Shown: positions 34,859 to 46,286, numbered from the stretch's first letter. The stretch: 64,000 nt of DNA from an uncultured Methanomassiliicoccales archaeon (GCA_963695345.1 OY968769.1:608001-672000); one strand, 5' to 3'. Translations and numbers: made by a program. The notes: generated by a model not told the origin, from the letters alone.

Positions 34859-36238
34859 CTATAGAAGATTGAAGTCCTCGAAGACGATATCTTTCATTCG
34901 GACGCCCATTTTCACGAACTGCCTGGACAGGTCCTCCATCAAGGGCAGTGGCCCACAGAGGAAGATGACCTTGCCGAGAACCTTCTCTCTTCCGCCGAGC
35001 AACTCGGATATCTTTTCGGAGTCCAAACGTCCCTGCTTGCTGGACACCCAGGGATGAAACCTCAGTTCCCTGCTCTTATTCACTTCTCTGATAAGCTCAT
35101 CATAGTATAGCGCCTCCTCGGTGTATCGATATGCCCATATCAGGTCAACTTGCCGCCCGATGGGGTTCTCGGATTCGTTCCTCGCCATGCTCAGGAAGGG
35201 AGTGATTCCAATGCCTCCGGCGATCCAGATCATATCTCGCTTATGGTCAAGATATCGTTCCCCGAACTTACCGTAAGGTCCCATTATCACTGCCTCATCA
35301 CCTTCTCTCACCAACGGTACCTGCTCACTCGTGAAGTCGCCCTGTTTCTTGATGGAAAGGCGGATCGTATCCTCATGTGGATGGTTCGATATGGAAAATG
35401 GCCACATCTCATGGGAACTCCCTGCGCGAGGAAACCTCACGAATACGAACTGCCCAGGGTGAAACGATAGGCTTCTATCCCCAGACCTCAGGTGTATCTC
35501 GGTCAGATCTGGGAAGCGGTTCACCTTAACCACCGTCATGAGTCTCTTGGGGCCGAAGTGTCGGTAGAGGACTAGGGTGTAAGCGTAGGCAAGCACCCCC
35601 AGGCCGCCGATCAGCAGGACCCAGTACCTAAGGACAGGGTAACCTTGGATATCTGAGCCGGCGTCAAGGGCATGCCATATCGCGAATATGAGGGGTAGGA
35701 CCATCAAGCGGTGTGTCTTCAGCCAAACGCTATAGGAGATCCGCATGTGCAGTGTTAGGGACAGCAGCACGAGCAATACCATCAAGGAAATGATCCCTAA
35801 CGTGTTAGGGAAGTTAAGACCTGGAACATAGAGCGTGAGTATATATGACCCGGCCGGGAAAGCGCGGATGGTCAGGAAGGCTATGTGGAATATGATGAAG
35901 AACAGGGTCAGCCTCCCCACCACCTTATGCACCTTGTACTGTCTGTCCAGCCCTCCAAAGAGGTTTTCCAGAAATGACCACCTAGTGGATGTCAGGAAGT
36001 TGATGGAAAGAAATGAGATCGCCAGGAAAGCAAAGGTCTTCGCCAGGACAGTGATGATGCTTCGCAAGGATTCGGACCCCTGGACGACCCACACAACCAG
36101 GGTAACGGAGCAGATAAGCATCATGAGGATAGCTCCAGCTGACTTGAGGGGAGCCCTATGGAACGGGTCTGATATTTTCTCGGGGAAATAGCTCTTCAGT
36201 ATGTCTTTCACTTTTGATGCCTTAGTTCCCTTGCCCAT
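34859..36238 (-). CDS. Ferric-reductase/NOX-like flavocytochrome (TM heme domain plus FAD/NAD(P)H domain)
   Basis: H-x13-H and H-x12-H in TM helices; PGQF, PFSI, GPYG, AGGIGITPF, CGP, terminal EDF. Confidence 0.9.
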   Translation of the reverse strand: MGKGTKASKVKDILKSYFPEKISDPFHRAPLKSAGAILMMLICSVTLVVWVVQGSESLRSIITVLAKTFAFLAISFLSINFLTSTRWSFLENLFGGLDRQYKVHKVVGRLTLFFIIFHIAFLTIRAFPAGSYILTLYVPGLNFPNTLGIISLMVLLVLLSLTLHMRISYSVWLKTHRLMVLPLIFAIWHALDAGSDIQGYPVLRYWVLLIGGLGVLAYAYTLVLYRHFGPKRLMTVVKVNRFPDLTEIHLRSGDRSLSFHPGQFVFVRFPRAGSSHEMWPFSISNHPHEDTIRLSIKKQGDFTSEQVPLVREGDEAVIMGPYGKFGERYLDHKRDMIWIAGGIGITPFLSMARNESENPIGRQVDLIWAYRYTEEALYYDELIREVNKSRELRFHPWVSSKQGRLDSEKISELLGGREKVLGKVIFLCGPLPLMEDLSRQFVKMGVRMKDIVFEDFNLL

Positions 36239-36499
36239 CTGCCATTCCCCCTAAGTATGGCTATAATGGTAGTATAGCTCCCATTTTATTTTAACGATTC
36301 ATGGTCAGGGGCAGATGCTCTGCATCTAGCTGGAGCAACGTTACGACCCGACCATACGCGCGATGATGATACGTCAGAGCACATGGCCATGCCTGCATTA
36401 CATTCAGGCCTGAGAAAAATCACTTGACCGACCTTCAGTTCTCAGTTCACCAGGGATCCAAAGGATCTTCGATCAGGTGCTATTCGGGCAGGATTGCCA

Positions 36500-36700
36500 G
36501 CTTCCGGAACGATATGCTCTAGGAGCATTATGGTGCTGTCAGTGTTCGATCCTCAGGTGAACGTCCACAGACCTGCAGCGATCCAGGAAAGTTATGACGG
36601 TTAAGGTTTGGATGAGAGAGGCCCGTCGTGAGCGCATACTCTCGAATCTGCTGGAGGCCATCAGGCAGAGGATGAGGGCTTCGAATTGGCGGATTCATGA
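36500..36700 (+). pseudogene. C-terminal remnant of an MscS paralog
   Basis: FDPQVNV/TDL..KVMTVKVWMREARRERILSNLLEAIRQRM resembles FLPRVLVSDISDGKVTLSIRIWIREVNRRDDFVSDFLNTLYTRL of 9923-10783. Confidence 0.55.
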
Positions 36701-36794
36701 TGTTAATGCTCTTACAAAAATGCCCGGCAACATGACCCCGGAGTGTCTCCCATGCCGAAAAGAGTGGTCCCTTTATTGTTTTCCATAAGAGACC

Positions 36795-37268
36795 TTACTC
36801 CTCCTCGAACACCTTCTTACCTACTATGAAGAGCTCCAAACTCACCAGTTCTCCGATGAGTTTGCCTTTGGAGTCCACCACCGGCAGATCGTTGAGATGG
36901 TCGTCCAGCATCGTTCGCATGGCCGCAGTGAGCTTCGTTTCCTTGGTGACCGTCCGGCTCTTGACCATTATGCTATCTGCCTCCTCCTTAAAGATGCCGA
37001 CTATGAACTGGAAAAACGATAGACTTGAATTTTCCCTTACACCATACCGGTATCCCATCAACCGCAGGATCGTTTCGGTGTTTACTGTTCCAACATATCT
37101 ACCCATGTCATCGACGACATACACTTTCCTGGAAAGTGGGTTGAGGAGCATCTGATCTATGACCTCCCCGATCTTTGCGTCCCGTTTGACCTGGGATGCC
37201 TTCATCACGATCTTATCGTATACATCGCCGACCAGTATATCTCCGAACTTCTTCTCGCGGTATGGCAT
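36795..37268 (-). CDS. CBS-pair domain protein
   Basis: VYVVDDMGRYVGTV and LPVVDSKGKLIGEL CBS motifs. Confidence 0.9.
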   Translation of the reverse strand: MPYREKKFGDILVGDVYDKIVMKASQVKRDAKIGEVIDQMLLNPLSRKVYVVDDMGRYVGTVNTETILRLMGYRYGVRENSSLSFFQFIVGIFKEEADSIMVKSRTVTKETKLTAAMRTMLDDHLNDLPVVDSKGKLIGELVSLELFIVGKKVFEEE

Positions 37269-37427
37269 GGATGTGAATTAGCAAAAGAATCATTATACAA
37301 TTTCCATCAAATACCTCGATCTTGAGGGACAATGTCGTGACCATCTTACTAATTTGGATTTATCATCGACGGTTCGGAACGAGGATGCGCCATATGGATG
37401 AGATAGCCATAAACGGTTCTTTAACGA

Positions 37428-37694
37428 CTACTCGTTCCTGTTCCTATTGGTAAAGGTGCCGACATGCACTTGTCGAGGATACCAAGGAAATCTGCCCCTT
37501 GTCCCGGTCGAATCAGTGAACTTGAAACCACCTTCGAAGGATCGTGCTTCCAAGAACCGGGTTGCCTCAATGCCAAACCTTTTGCCCCCGAACAGAGTAA
37601 CCAGATCGTTCTGTTCCGTCTTTATACCAAACAGGAACATGGGGTTTTGCTGGAACATGTAGTTGCCCATGGGAGATTTGACCTCGACCTCCAT
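37428..37694 (-). CDS. Hypothetical protein or remnant (88 aa)
   Basis: ORF only; no recognisable motif. Confidence 0.3.
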   Translation of the reverse strand: MEVEVKSPMGNYMFQQNPMFLFGIKTEQNDLVTLFGGKRFGIEATRFLEARSFEGGFKFTDSTGTRGRFPWYPRQVHVGTFTNRNRNE

Positions 37695-38018
37695 CTAGTA
37701 GTTTCCACGCGCTTAGAAATGTACAACATTAATTCATTCATCATTGTCGAAGTGATAGGATAACGATCGAATTCAGCGATTCCTCTAAGAATTAGTTTGA
37801 TCGATAGGACTTTTTCAGAGGATGTTTCGTGAAGATTGACCCACGACCCCCTTACCAGCTATGATAGTTTACTCATCATCGAGCGCTTTGCTCGTTCAAA
37901 GGTCATCAAAAGAGTTCTTGGGGCTCGATAGGCTCCCCTTGCCCCGGCCGGCCTAACCAGCCATCGGAGGCTAGATAAAAACCTTTAAGAACGACATGGA
38001 CTTTCTCAGACCCCTAAA

Positions 38019-38105
38019 GCGGAGGTGGCCCAGCTCGGTAAGGCGATGGATTGCTAATCCATTGTCCGAAAGGACCCGGGGGTTCAAATCCCCCCCTTCG
38101 CGCCA
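38019..38105 (+). tRNA. tRNA-Ser(GCT)
   Basis: ATGGA-TTGCTAA-TCCAT anticodon arm, long variable arm GTCC-GAAA-GGAC, G73, encoded CCA; TTTAAG box upstream. Confidence 0.97.
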
Positions 38106-38379
38106 TTTATCTATCCATCGTCTTCTTAGCGACTTCTTAGGGAATCATTCTCCGTCTGGTGTTTCCGCAACTATCCAAATGTTTGGTTCTGTCTCTAAGA
38201 TTTATTAATCATTTGTTCCTGAAGATGTTCAAGAACAGTCCCTTAGACTACCACTAATCGATAGATTTGCCAACGTTCGGAAAATATTCTGTCAATCCAT
38301 CGAGAGTTTTATAACGTTATGAAATCCTCATTCATTCTCATAAAGGCCTCGGGCCTGGATCTTAGGGAGGAGTATACGC

Positions 38380-39897
38380 ATGGTCAAATTGACAAAATAT
38401 CTAGCATTGGCTATTGTCACCACGATGGTCGCTTTGGCGGCGATCCCCTTTATGGAGAACACGGGGGCAGTTCCTACGGGTTGGAATGAAAAACAGATCT
38501 CGGCGGATTATGCTCCTCAGGCGAGCTCGATAGCGGTTGATAGCAGCGGCAAAGTCCATATCATCGGTGTGGACGCCAACTATTACAACAAGGTGTTCTA
38601 CATGGATGATGTATCCGGTTCCTGGTCAACCCCATATACCATCGATAGTAGCAATGTAAAACAGCCTGGAATCGCAGTGGATTCGGCTGGGAAATCCCAC
38701 GTCGCGTATGTCAAGGACTTCAATCTGAAGTATGCCACCAACGCCGGTGGATCGTGGGTGAACACGACGATCTGCCCCATCCCCCAAGGGGTCACAACCG
38801 GTGTGGCGATCGCAGTTGACCATGCCAATAAAGTGTACATCACATTCAACAACTATACTCCCTATTCGCATGTTTATCTGGCATCCAACGTTCTTGGATA
38901 CTGGACCATCGAGAATGTCACCCCTGCCTTGAGCTACGAGAGCTGGCCGTACCTGGCCATCGACTCGAACAACAAAGTGCACATCGCATGCTTCTCCACC
39001 GGAGCGAACAAAGGCCTGGTGTATCATGCCAACACGACAGGGACCTGGTCCACGACGCTGCTCGATTCGGCATTGAACATCACTAACATCGCCATGTGTG
39101 TTGACCACAACGACAAGGCCCACATAGCCTACGAGACAAGCTATACGAACATCAACTACACGACCAACGCGGGGAGCGCATGGCAAAGGTCAACGGTCAC
39201 CAGGATTCCGGTGCAGCATGGGGATCTCCAGTACCTGCCCCAGATTGTAGTAGACTCTAGCAACAACCCCAGTATCTGCTACACCAACAATACTGCTGGA
39301 GCCATTAACGAGGAGCAATACGTGCACATCGTGACCAAGTCCGGTTCATCGTGGACCAATCTCCGTCTAGGAAATGGACTCAGTCAGAGCATGGCCATCA
39401 GCGCTACCGACGAATATTATGTGGTGTCCCATAGAAGCGGCACCATCCTCGATTCAACGGCGACCATCACCGGGAGCACCTCTACCGATGGAGTGGCACC
39501 GGGACCGCTCACCTCGGTCAAGGCGACCGCCGTATCCAACAAGGTGACCCTTACCTGGGAGGCACCAACAACGGGGGGAGATACGACCTGGGTGAAGATA
39601 TACAGGTCACTGGACGAGACCATGCCGGCCTCTCCGATAATCACGATCGACTACTCAAAAATGCAGTATGCGGACAGTGCCGTGGAGACCAATAAGACCT
39701 ACCATTACTGGCTCGTCTCCAGTAACACCTATGGGAACGGGCCTTCGGTCTCAACAGCAGGCACGACCGTCGGAGCTGCATCACCTTCAACCTCGACACC
39801 GGGGAGCGGTGGAGGGTTGATCCTCTTGGTGTTGATCCTTGTGATTATATTGGTCATCGTGGCCTTCGTCTTTATAAGGAGGAGAAGGAGGACTTAA
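38380..39897 (+). CDS. Secreted beta-propeller plus FN3 surface protein with C-terminal TM anchor
   Basis: Signal peptide; repeats IAVDS.GKVHI...YATN..G.W; FN3; Ser/Thr linker; TM then RRRRRT; SD GGAGGAG. Confidence 0.85.
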   Translation: MVKLTKYLALAIVTTMVALAAIPFMENTGAVPTGWNEKQISADYAPQASSIAVDSSGKVHIIGVDANYYNKVFYMDDVSGSWSTPYTIDSSNVKQPGIAVDSAGKSHVAYVKDFNLKYATNAGGSWVNTTICPIPQGVTTGVAIAVDHANKVYITFNNYTPYSHVYLASNVLGYWTIENVTPALSYESWPYLAIDSNNKVHIACFSTGANKGLVYHANTTGTWSTTLLDSALNITNIAMCVDHNDKAHIAYETSYTNINYTTNAGSAWQRSTVTRIPVQHGDLQYLPQIVVDSSNNPSICYTNNTAGAINEEQYVHIVTKSGSSWTNLRLGNGLSQSMAISATDEYYVVSHRSGTILDSTATITGSTSTDGVAPGPLTSVKATAVSNKVTLTWEAPTTGGDTTWVKIYRSLDETMPASPIITIDYSKMQYADSAVETNKTYHYWLVSSNTYGNGPSVSTAGTTVGAASPSTSTPGSGGGLILLVLILVIILVIVAFVFIRRRRRT

Positions 39898-40233
39898 CCA
39901 CAAACACATCGGTTCTTTGTCGAAATGAGGCTTTCCGGCCTCCCCTGATATCTATTTCACATCTGGCTACAAATGGATATCGTTCTCCGCCTTTCTCGCT
40001 ACTTTCAATCCCAATCTCGAAATCCTCTCATTCTGTTGCGAACACCAGTTCAAAACGATGCTGGATTATTGAGTATTTCAATAAGATCCTGACCATACAT
40101 GGCAGCATGAAAAGTCCTCTGACAGAATGCGTCCAGCGTAGGGGAGATCAATTTCTTTATGTCCATCTTGATGGCCAGGCCAACAAGTAGATACCACGAT
40201 ATGCCCTATGATACAATGGGCAGGTATCGGATC

Positions 40234-43200
40234 ATGATCGCTATCCTATACGTTGATGATGATGTTGATCAGCTGGACCTAGGCAAAATATTCCTGGAGG
40301 AGATGGAGGATTTCCAGGTTAAAACGGCGGCATCTGCCAACGAAGGGCTGATGCTTCTAAGAGACACGGACTATGATGCGATTATTTCAGATTACCAGAT
40401 GCCGGTGATGGACGGAATAGGTTTCCTGAAGACAGTAAGGGGCATACACCGCAACATGCCCTTCATACTGTTTACTGGCAAAGGCCGCGAGGAGGTAGTC
40501 ATCGATGCGATCAACAACGGAGCGGATTTCTACCTTCAGAAAGGCGGTGACCCCGGGGCCACTTTCATCGAGCTCGCTCATAAGGTGAGGCAGGCAGTGA
40601 ACCGAAACCGCGCTGAGCGAGAGTTGAGGAAGAAGACCGCAGAACTGGACAATTTCTTCTTGCTGTCGTTAGACATGCTCTGCATCGCGGACATGGACGG
40701 CCACATTGTTCGAGCCAATAAAGCCTGGGAGGATACTCTTGGCTATAGTTTGCAGGAACTTGAGGGGGCAAGGTTCCTCGATTTCGTACACCCTGATGAT
40801 GTTGTTACAACTCAATTGGCCATGGCGGAGCTAGAAAACGGCAATAAAGCACTCGATTTCCTCAATCGATACCGGACCAAGCATGGAGACTATCGCTGGA
40901 TAGAATGGAGGTCGATACCCTACGAAGGGAGATTGATCTACGCGGCGGCCCGAGACATCACGGACAGGAAGTTGGCAGAGGACCAATTGAGGGAAGCATA
41001 TGAATTGATAGCTGCGAATGAAGAGGAACTGCATCAACAGTTCGATGAACTGATTCAGAACCAGGAAAATCTAAAGGCGGTGAACCTGCAGTTGAACAGT
41101 CAAGAAGAGGCCTTGCGCACCCAGCTTGCGCAGATCACCAGTATCCACAGTGAATTGTTGAGCAGCGAGAAGAACTTTCAACTTCTGGTAGAGAACGCAC
41201 CGGATGCCATCTTCATAGCGAGCCACGATTTCCGATTTGTTTTCATAAACCGAGCGGGGGTCAGGATGTTTGGGGCATCGGTTGCCGAAGAGCTATTGGG
41301 CACCTCGACCTTCGATAGGATACACCCGAGTTTCCATTCGATAGTAAGGGAGCGCGTGAGGCAGCTCACCGTCGAATGTGAACCGGTCAAGCCTCTTGAG
41401 GAGGTGTACATCAGGATGGACGGCTCTCCGGTGGCGGTTGAGGTCGGCGTAGTTCCATTTGACTATAGAGGGAAGAACGGAACCCTGGTGATCGTGCGGG
41501 ATATCACTGAACGGAAGCGGGCAGAAGAGGCGTTACAGCGCTCTGAGCAGATGCTGAAGATCGTCCTAGATAACTTCCCTGGAGTGGTATTTTGGAAGGA
41601 TCGCGATTTGGTCTATCTGGGAGCCAATCTGGAATCGGCTAGAATCGCAGGGTTCACTGATTCTAGGGAAATTGTTGGCAAGACTGATTTTGACATGCCC
41701 TGGGCGAAAACAGAAGCAGAGGCCTACCGGGCAGATGATCGTCAGGTGATTGAGAGCGGTCAACCGAAGCTTCACGTCATTGAAAGACAGCTCAGAGTCG
41801 GCGGCGAGATAGGTTGGCTGGATACAAGCAAGGTTCCCTTGCGGGATTCTGGGGGGAATGTGGTTGGAATGTTGGGTACATCTACCGATATAACGGTTCT
41901 GAAACGGGCCGAGGAGAAACTTCTCCAAGCGAATCTGGTGGTGGAGAACGGTCCTGCCGTGCTTTTCTGCTGGAAGATGGAGGAGGACTGGCCAGTCGAG
42001 TTGGTCTCCAAGAATATCAGGCAGTTCGGATATTCTCAGGAGGAGTTCCTATCTGGTGCGGTAAAATTTGCCCAGATCGTCCATCCCGAAGATCTCGGAA
42101 GAGTCAGGGAGGAGGTAGACCGCCATATAGCACTAGGTACGGACCATTTCAAGCAGACCTACCGAATATTGAGCAAAGAGGGTGATGTCCACTGGGTGGA
42201 CGACCGAACGGCCACAGTCAAGGACACCGGGGGTCGCATCGCGCATCTCCAGGGAATAATAATCGATATCACCGATCGAATGAGCGTCGAGAGAGCCCTC
42301 CTTCGCAAGAATGAGGAGCTGAACATAGCTTACGATACCTTGAGCAAGATCGAGGAGAAACTACGAGGCAACTTTGCTCGACTGAGCACTAAGGAATATG
42401 AGCTGGAGGCGAGCGAGAAGCGCTACAGAAGGCTGCTCGAACAGACGTATGATGCCATAATAACCCATCATGACGGCAAGATCGTACAGGCGAATGAGGC
42501 AGCTTGCAGACTTGTCGGGGCAAGGTCGATCGACGACCTGATCGGACGCTCGGTCATCGATTTCGGAGGACCAGGATTAAAGGAGGTGATCGTTCAGAGG
42601 ATGGAGCACCTATATGCCAATCCAGGCATCATCGAGCCCCTCATCGGGGAGAAACTCCGACGGTTGGACGGCTCGATCATAGATGTGGAAGCGATCGCCA
42701 CCAGTTACCTAGAGCAAGGAAAGACATGCGTCCAGGTGATATTCAGGGACGTTTCTGAACGGAACCGTATCCTGAATGATTCACAGGAGAGCGAGGAGAA
42801 GTATCACCAGCTCTTCGAGTTAGGCGGTGAGGCGATATTCCTCATCGATAACGAAGATGGCAGGCTCATGGAGTGCAACACCGCTGCCACGGAGATGTAC
42901 GGATACAGCCATGATGAGCTGGTCCACATGCAAAATACGGACCTATCGGCGGAGCCAGGGGAGACCAAGAGGATGACGATTGAGAGTTCTGATGGAGAGG
43001 TAGTTGTTCCCGTAAGGTATCACCGCCGCAAGGACGGGAGAACGTTCCCAGTGGAGATAAACGGCCGTTTCTTCTCCTGGAAAGGCAGGAGGGTCCATGT
43101 GGCGGCAATCCGCGACATTACTGAGCGCATGAGGATCGACGACGCCCTCCGTCAGATAAACAGAAAGCTAAACCTGCTCAACAGCATAACCAGGCACGAC

Positions 43201-43791
43201 ATCATCAACAAAATCGTGGTACTGCAGGGGAACATCGACATCGCCAAGAAGAGGTCCAGCGACCCGTCGATGAAAGAGTATCTGGACCGGCTGGACAATG
43301 CCACCAAGGCCATCCAGGAGCATGTAGAGTTCAGCCGGATATATCAGGACCTCGGCCAGCAGGGGCCGGTCTGGCAGCCAATTGGCGAATTGATCGGGAC
43401 GATGGACATTCCTCCTGGCCTGACCCTCGAGCAAGAGGTAGGAGAGATCGAGGTGTATGCTGATCCCATGCTCAGGAAGGTCTTCTACAACCTTCTCGAC
43501 AATACCATCCGACACGGAATCAGGAGCACAAAGGTTGTGGTCTCCCTAGACGAGAACAAGGATGGCCTGATCATAGCATGGGAGGATGATGGCATCGGCG
43601 TTCCCACCACCGAGAAGGAGAAGATATTCGAGCACGGATATGGCAAGAACACCGGATTGGGCCTCTTCATCTCCAGAGAGATTCTGGCGATCACAGCCAT
43701 CGGCATTAGGGAGACCGGAATGGAAGGGAAAGGCGCCCGCTTCGAAATCACCGTCCCGAATGGCGGGTACCGTCACGTCAGCAGCAACTGA
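40234..43791 (+). CDS. Hybrid sensor histidine kinase (REC, about six PAS/PAC, HATPase)
   Basis: YVDDD, SDYQMP, FTGKG; repeated RDITERK; RHDIINK; NLLDN, DDGIG, TGLGL. Confidence 0.95.
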   Translation: MIAILYVDDDVDQLDLGKIFLEEMEDFQVKTAASANEGLMLLRDTDYDAIISDYQMPVMDGIGFLKTVRGIHRNMPFILFTGKGREEVVIDAINNGADFYLQKGGDPGATFIELAHKVRQAVNRNRAERELRKKTAELDNFFLLSLDMLCIADMDGHIVRANKAWEDTLGYSLQELEGARFLDFVHPDDVVTTQLAMAELENGNKALDFLNRYRTKHGDYRWIEWRSIPYEGRLIYAAARDITDRKLAEDQLREAYELIAANEEELHQQFDELIQNQENLKAVNLQLNSQEEALRTQLAQITSIHSELLSSEKNFQLLVENAPDAIFIASHDFRFVFINRAGVRMFGASVAEELLGTSTFDRIHPSFHSIVRERVRQLTVECEPVKPLEEVYIRMDGSPVAVEVGVVPFDYRGKNGTLVIVRDITERKRAEEALQRSEQMLKIVLDNFPGVVFWKDRDLVYLGANLESARIAGFTDSREIVGKTDFDMPWAKTEAEAYRADDRQVIESGQPKLHVIERQLRVGGEIGWLDTSKVPLRDSGGNVVGMLGTSTDITVLKRAEEKLLQANLVVENGPAVLFCWKMEEDWPVELVSKNIRQFGYSQEEFLSGAVKFAQIVHPEDLGRVREEVDRHIALGTDHFKQTYRILSKEGDVHWVDDRTATVKDTGGRIAHLQGIIIDITDRMSVERALLRKNEELNIAYDTLSKIEEKLRGNFARLSTKEYELEASEKRYRRLLEQTYDAIITHHDGKIVQANEAACRLVGARSIDDLIGRSVIDFGGPGLKEVIVQRMEHLYANPGIIEPLIGEKLRRLDGSIIDVEAIATSYLEQGKTCVQVIFRDVSERNRILNDSQESEEKYHQLFELGGEAIFLIDNEDGRLMECNTAATEMYGYSHDELVHMQNTDLSAEPGETKRMTIESSDGEVVVPVRYHRRKDGRTFPVEINGRFFSWKGRRVHVAAIRDITERMRIDDALRQINRKLNLLNSITRHDIINKIVVLQGNIDIAKKRSSDPSMKEYLDRLDNATKAIQEHVEFSRIYQDLGQQGPVWQPIGELIGTMDIPPGLTLEQEVGEIEVYADPMLRKVFYNLLDNTIRHGIRSTKVVVSLDENKDGLIIAWEDDGIGVPTTEKEKIFEHGYGKNTGLGLFISREILAITAIGIRETGMEGKGARFEITVPNGGYRHVSSN

Positions 43792-43985
43792 TGCCATGGT
43801 CGGAATAGGATGAATTCACGTATCGGTTCCCGGCAGAAAGGATGGTTCTTTAGCCTGTCGGGCAGGAATGCCGTAGCGACGCAACGAAACGATGTGACTG
43901 GATAGCCGCCACATTCTGTTATTGGTAGTACCGTTCCAACTGGTAATGTTTATATTCAAGTTGGGGCTTGAGAGTGACGATACCA

Positions 43986-44619
43986 ATGGCTGATGACGAT
44001 TACTTATCACTCCTGGACCGGGCCAAAGGTCAGTTGCCCGAGACCATTGAAAAGCACGAGCGTTTCACCGTGCCAGAGCCCGACATCTTCCAGGAAGGGA
44101 AGACCACGGTCATCAAGAACTGGGGCGACATCACCGACGCTCTTAGGCGTGAGCCCGAGCACCTGCTCCAGTACCTACTACGCGAGCTCGGGACGCCCGG
44201 TACGATCGAGGGCAGAAGGGTCGTCTTCAAGGCCAGGCTGGCCCCGGTACAGATCGCAGAGAGGATAAACAGCTATACCGATACGTTCGTACTTTGCTCG
44301 GAATGCGGCAGGCCCGACACTCACATCGTCAAGGAGGGAAGGATCCTTATCTTGGAGTGCGAGGCATGCGGTGCACACAGACCGGTAAACGTGAGGAAGC
44401 AGGCCAAGGCCCCGGAGAAGGAAGGGCTGCAGGGAAGGAAACATCTACGAGTTCATGATCGAGGACGTCGGCAAGAAGGGAGACGGCGTGGCCAGGATGG
44501 ACAAGTACATCATCTACATCCCGGGCACGATCAAGGGCGCCAGGGTCAAGGCCAAGGTCACCAAGGTCTCCGGCAACGTGGGATTCGCCAACGTCTCCCA
44601 GGAACCGGTCACCAGGTGA
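43986..44619 (+). CDS. eif2b: Translation initiation factor aIF2 beta with C-terminal TRAM domain (frameshift near 44432)
   Basis: RELGTPG, CSECGRPDT, CEACGA; IEDVGKKGDGVAR TRAM in next frame. Confidence 0.93.
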
Positions 44620-44706
44620 TCGGCTCGAAACTTCAAACCTTTTCCATTCTTATCTACAATCATTTCTGAAAACATGAATTGAAAGAAAGGAGACGGGCCG
44701 GTCCCG

Positions 44707-45201
44707 TCAGTTGATGTAATTGACGCTGGAACGGTCGAACCCCTTCACCAGCTCGATGTCCATGGTCTCTTCATCGTCCATCTTCGGTTCGGCGTAGGTG
44801 AAGAACGGAAGGACCCGGGATATGTCCTCAGCAATGTAGGTGGTCTTGTGGTCCTTGCCGAACAGCGCGACGCTGATCGAATAGGCACGCCTCCGGGTCT
44901 CTTCCTCGTCGAGTATGCCGATGGCATGGATGTACTCGTGCAGCAGTACGTGGAATGCATAGGACTTGTACAGGTCCGGCTGAATCACCATGATCCTGTT
45001 CAGAACGCTCTTGTTCATGACGATGATGTTCGACGTGACCGGGTACAGCCCGCCGACGAAGGACTTGTTGTCGCCGCCCATCTCCGCCAGCCCAAGCATC
45101 AGCCCGGCACGGGAAATACCCATCTGGACGCGTACCGCTTCCTTGACGACCTCGAATATTTCGGTCAGGTCCTTGGCCCGCTCGAGACGCTCCGGGAACA
45201 C
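44707..45201 (-). CDS. Conserved HEXXH zincin-like protein
   Basis: HVLLHEYIHAIG..DE; start may lie at 45238 across a frameshift. Confidence 0.7.
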   Translation of the reverse strand: MFPERLERAKDLTEIFEVVKEAVRVQMGISRAGLMLGLAEMGGDNKSFVGGLYPVTSNIIVMNKSVLNRIMVIQPDLYKSYAFHVLLHEYIHAIGILDEEETRRRAYSISVALFGKDHKTTYIAEDISRVLPFFTYAEPKMDDEETMDIELVKGFDRSSVNYIN

Positions 45202-45361
45202 GGACTTGGCGGACTCGTGTCCGCACTAGTTCACTCATGGTTAACTACAATGCGGAGACTTCCTTATTAAAAACATTCCTCGAAATATCGAAGCTTGACG
45301 AAGGAGTTCTGCCGCCCTCGCTCAAAATGGTATTATAGACGCTGAACGCATCCATCCGCCC

Positions 45362-46286
45362 ATGCGGAACCCGGTCCAGTACCTGGTGATGTTTGCCATC
45401 TTCATATTCATCCCGGTAGCGGCGATCTACTTCCTGCCACTGCTGTTGAGCACAGGCGACTACCAGGCCTTCCAGGACCCCCAGAGCCCGGTGAACCCGC
45501 TGATCTACTTCGCTCTGATCCTGGGCATGACCGTGCTGATGCTGGTCCTGATCAAGTTCGCCAAGGAGAAGATCATGCAGGCGATATTCTACAGCGCCAT
45601 GACCATCTCCATGTTCTCTATCCTGCTGCCGATCTTCTACTATCTGATCGGCGACGTGAACATCTCGCTTGTCCTCGCCATCGCCGGAGCGGTGGGCCTG
45701 CATGGGATGGCTGGTCTTGCGTCCGGAATGGTATGTCATCAACTCGGTCGCCGTCCTTATCGGAGTGGGTGCGACGGCCATTCTGGGAATATCGTTGGGC
45801 ATCCTCCCCGCGCTGATCCTCCTCAGTATTTTGGCGGTGTACGACGCGATATCGGTCTACAAGACCAAGCACATGCTCTCCTTGGCAGAGGGAGTGACCA
45901 AGATGAGGCTCCCGGTGCTGTTCTATGTCCCGAAGAAGCTGGACTTCAAGGTCGAACAGATGGACAGCATGGACCTGAAGGACCGGGAGAAGGACCAGGA
46001 AAGGGAAACGATGATCATGGGAGTGGGAGACGCGGTGATACCGGGCATATTGATCGTCTCGGTCATGGCCTACCTGCCCACCAACTCTATGCATTTCCTT
46101 CACGCGGACGTGCTGGTCACTGCGGGGACCCTGATCGGTGCCTGCTGCGGTTTCGCGGTCCTGATGAGATACGTTGCCACCGGGCGGCCGCAGGCCGGAC
46201 TGCCCCTGCTGAACGGCGGCGCGATCCTGGGGTTCCTGATCTCCTACCTGCTGGTATTCCAGGACCTTGGTTTCGGGTTCTTGTGA
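45362..46286 (+). CDS. Presenilin/SPP family GxGD intramembrane aspartyl protease (frameshift near 45700)
   Basis: LAVYDAISVYKTKHM, MGVGD, QAGLPLLN. Confidence 0.92.
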
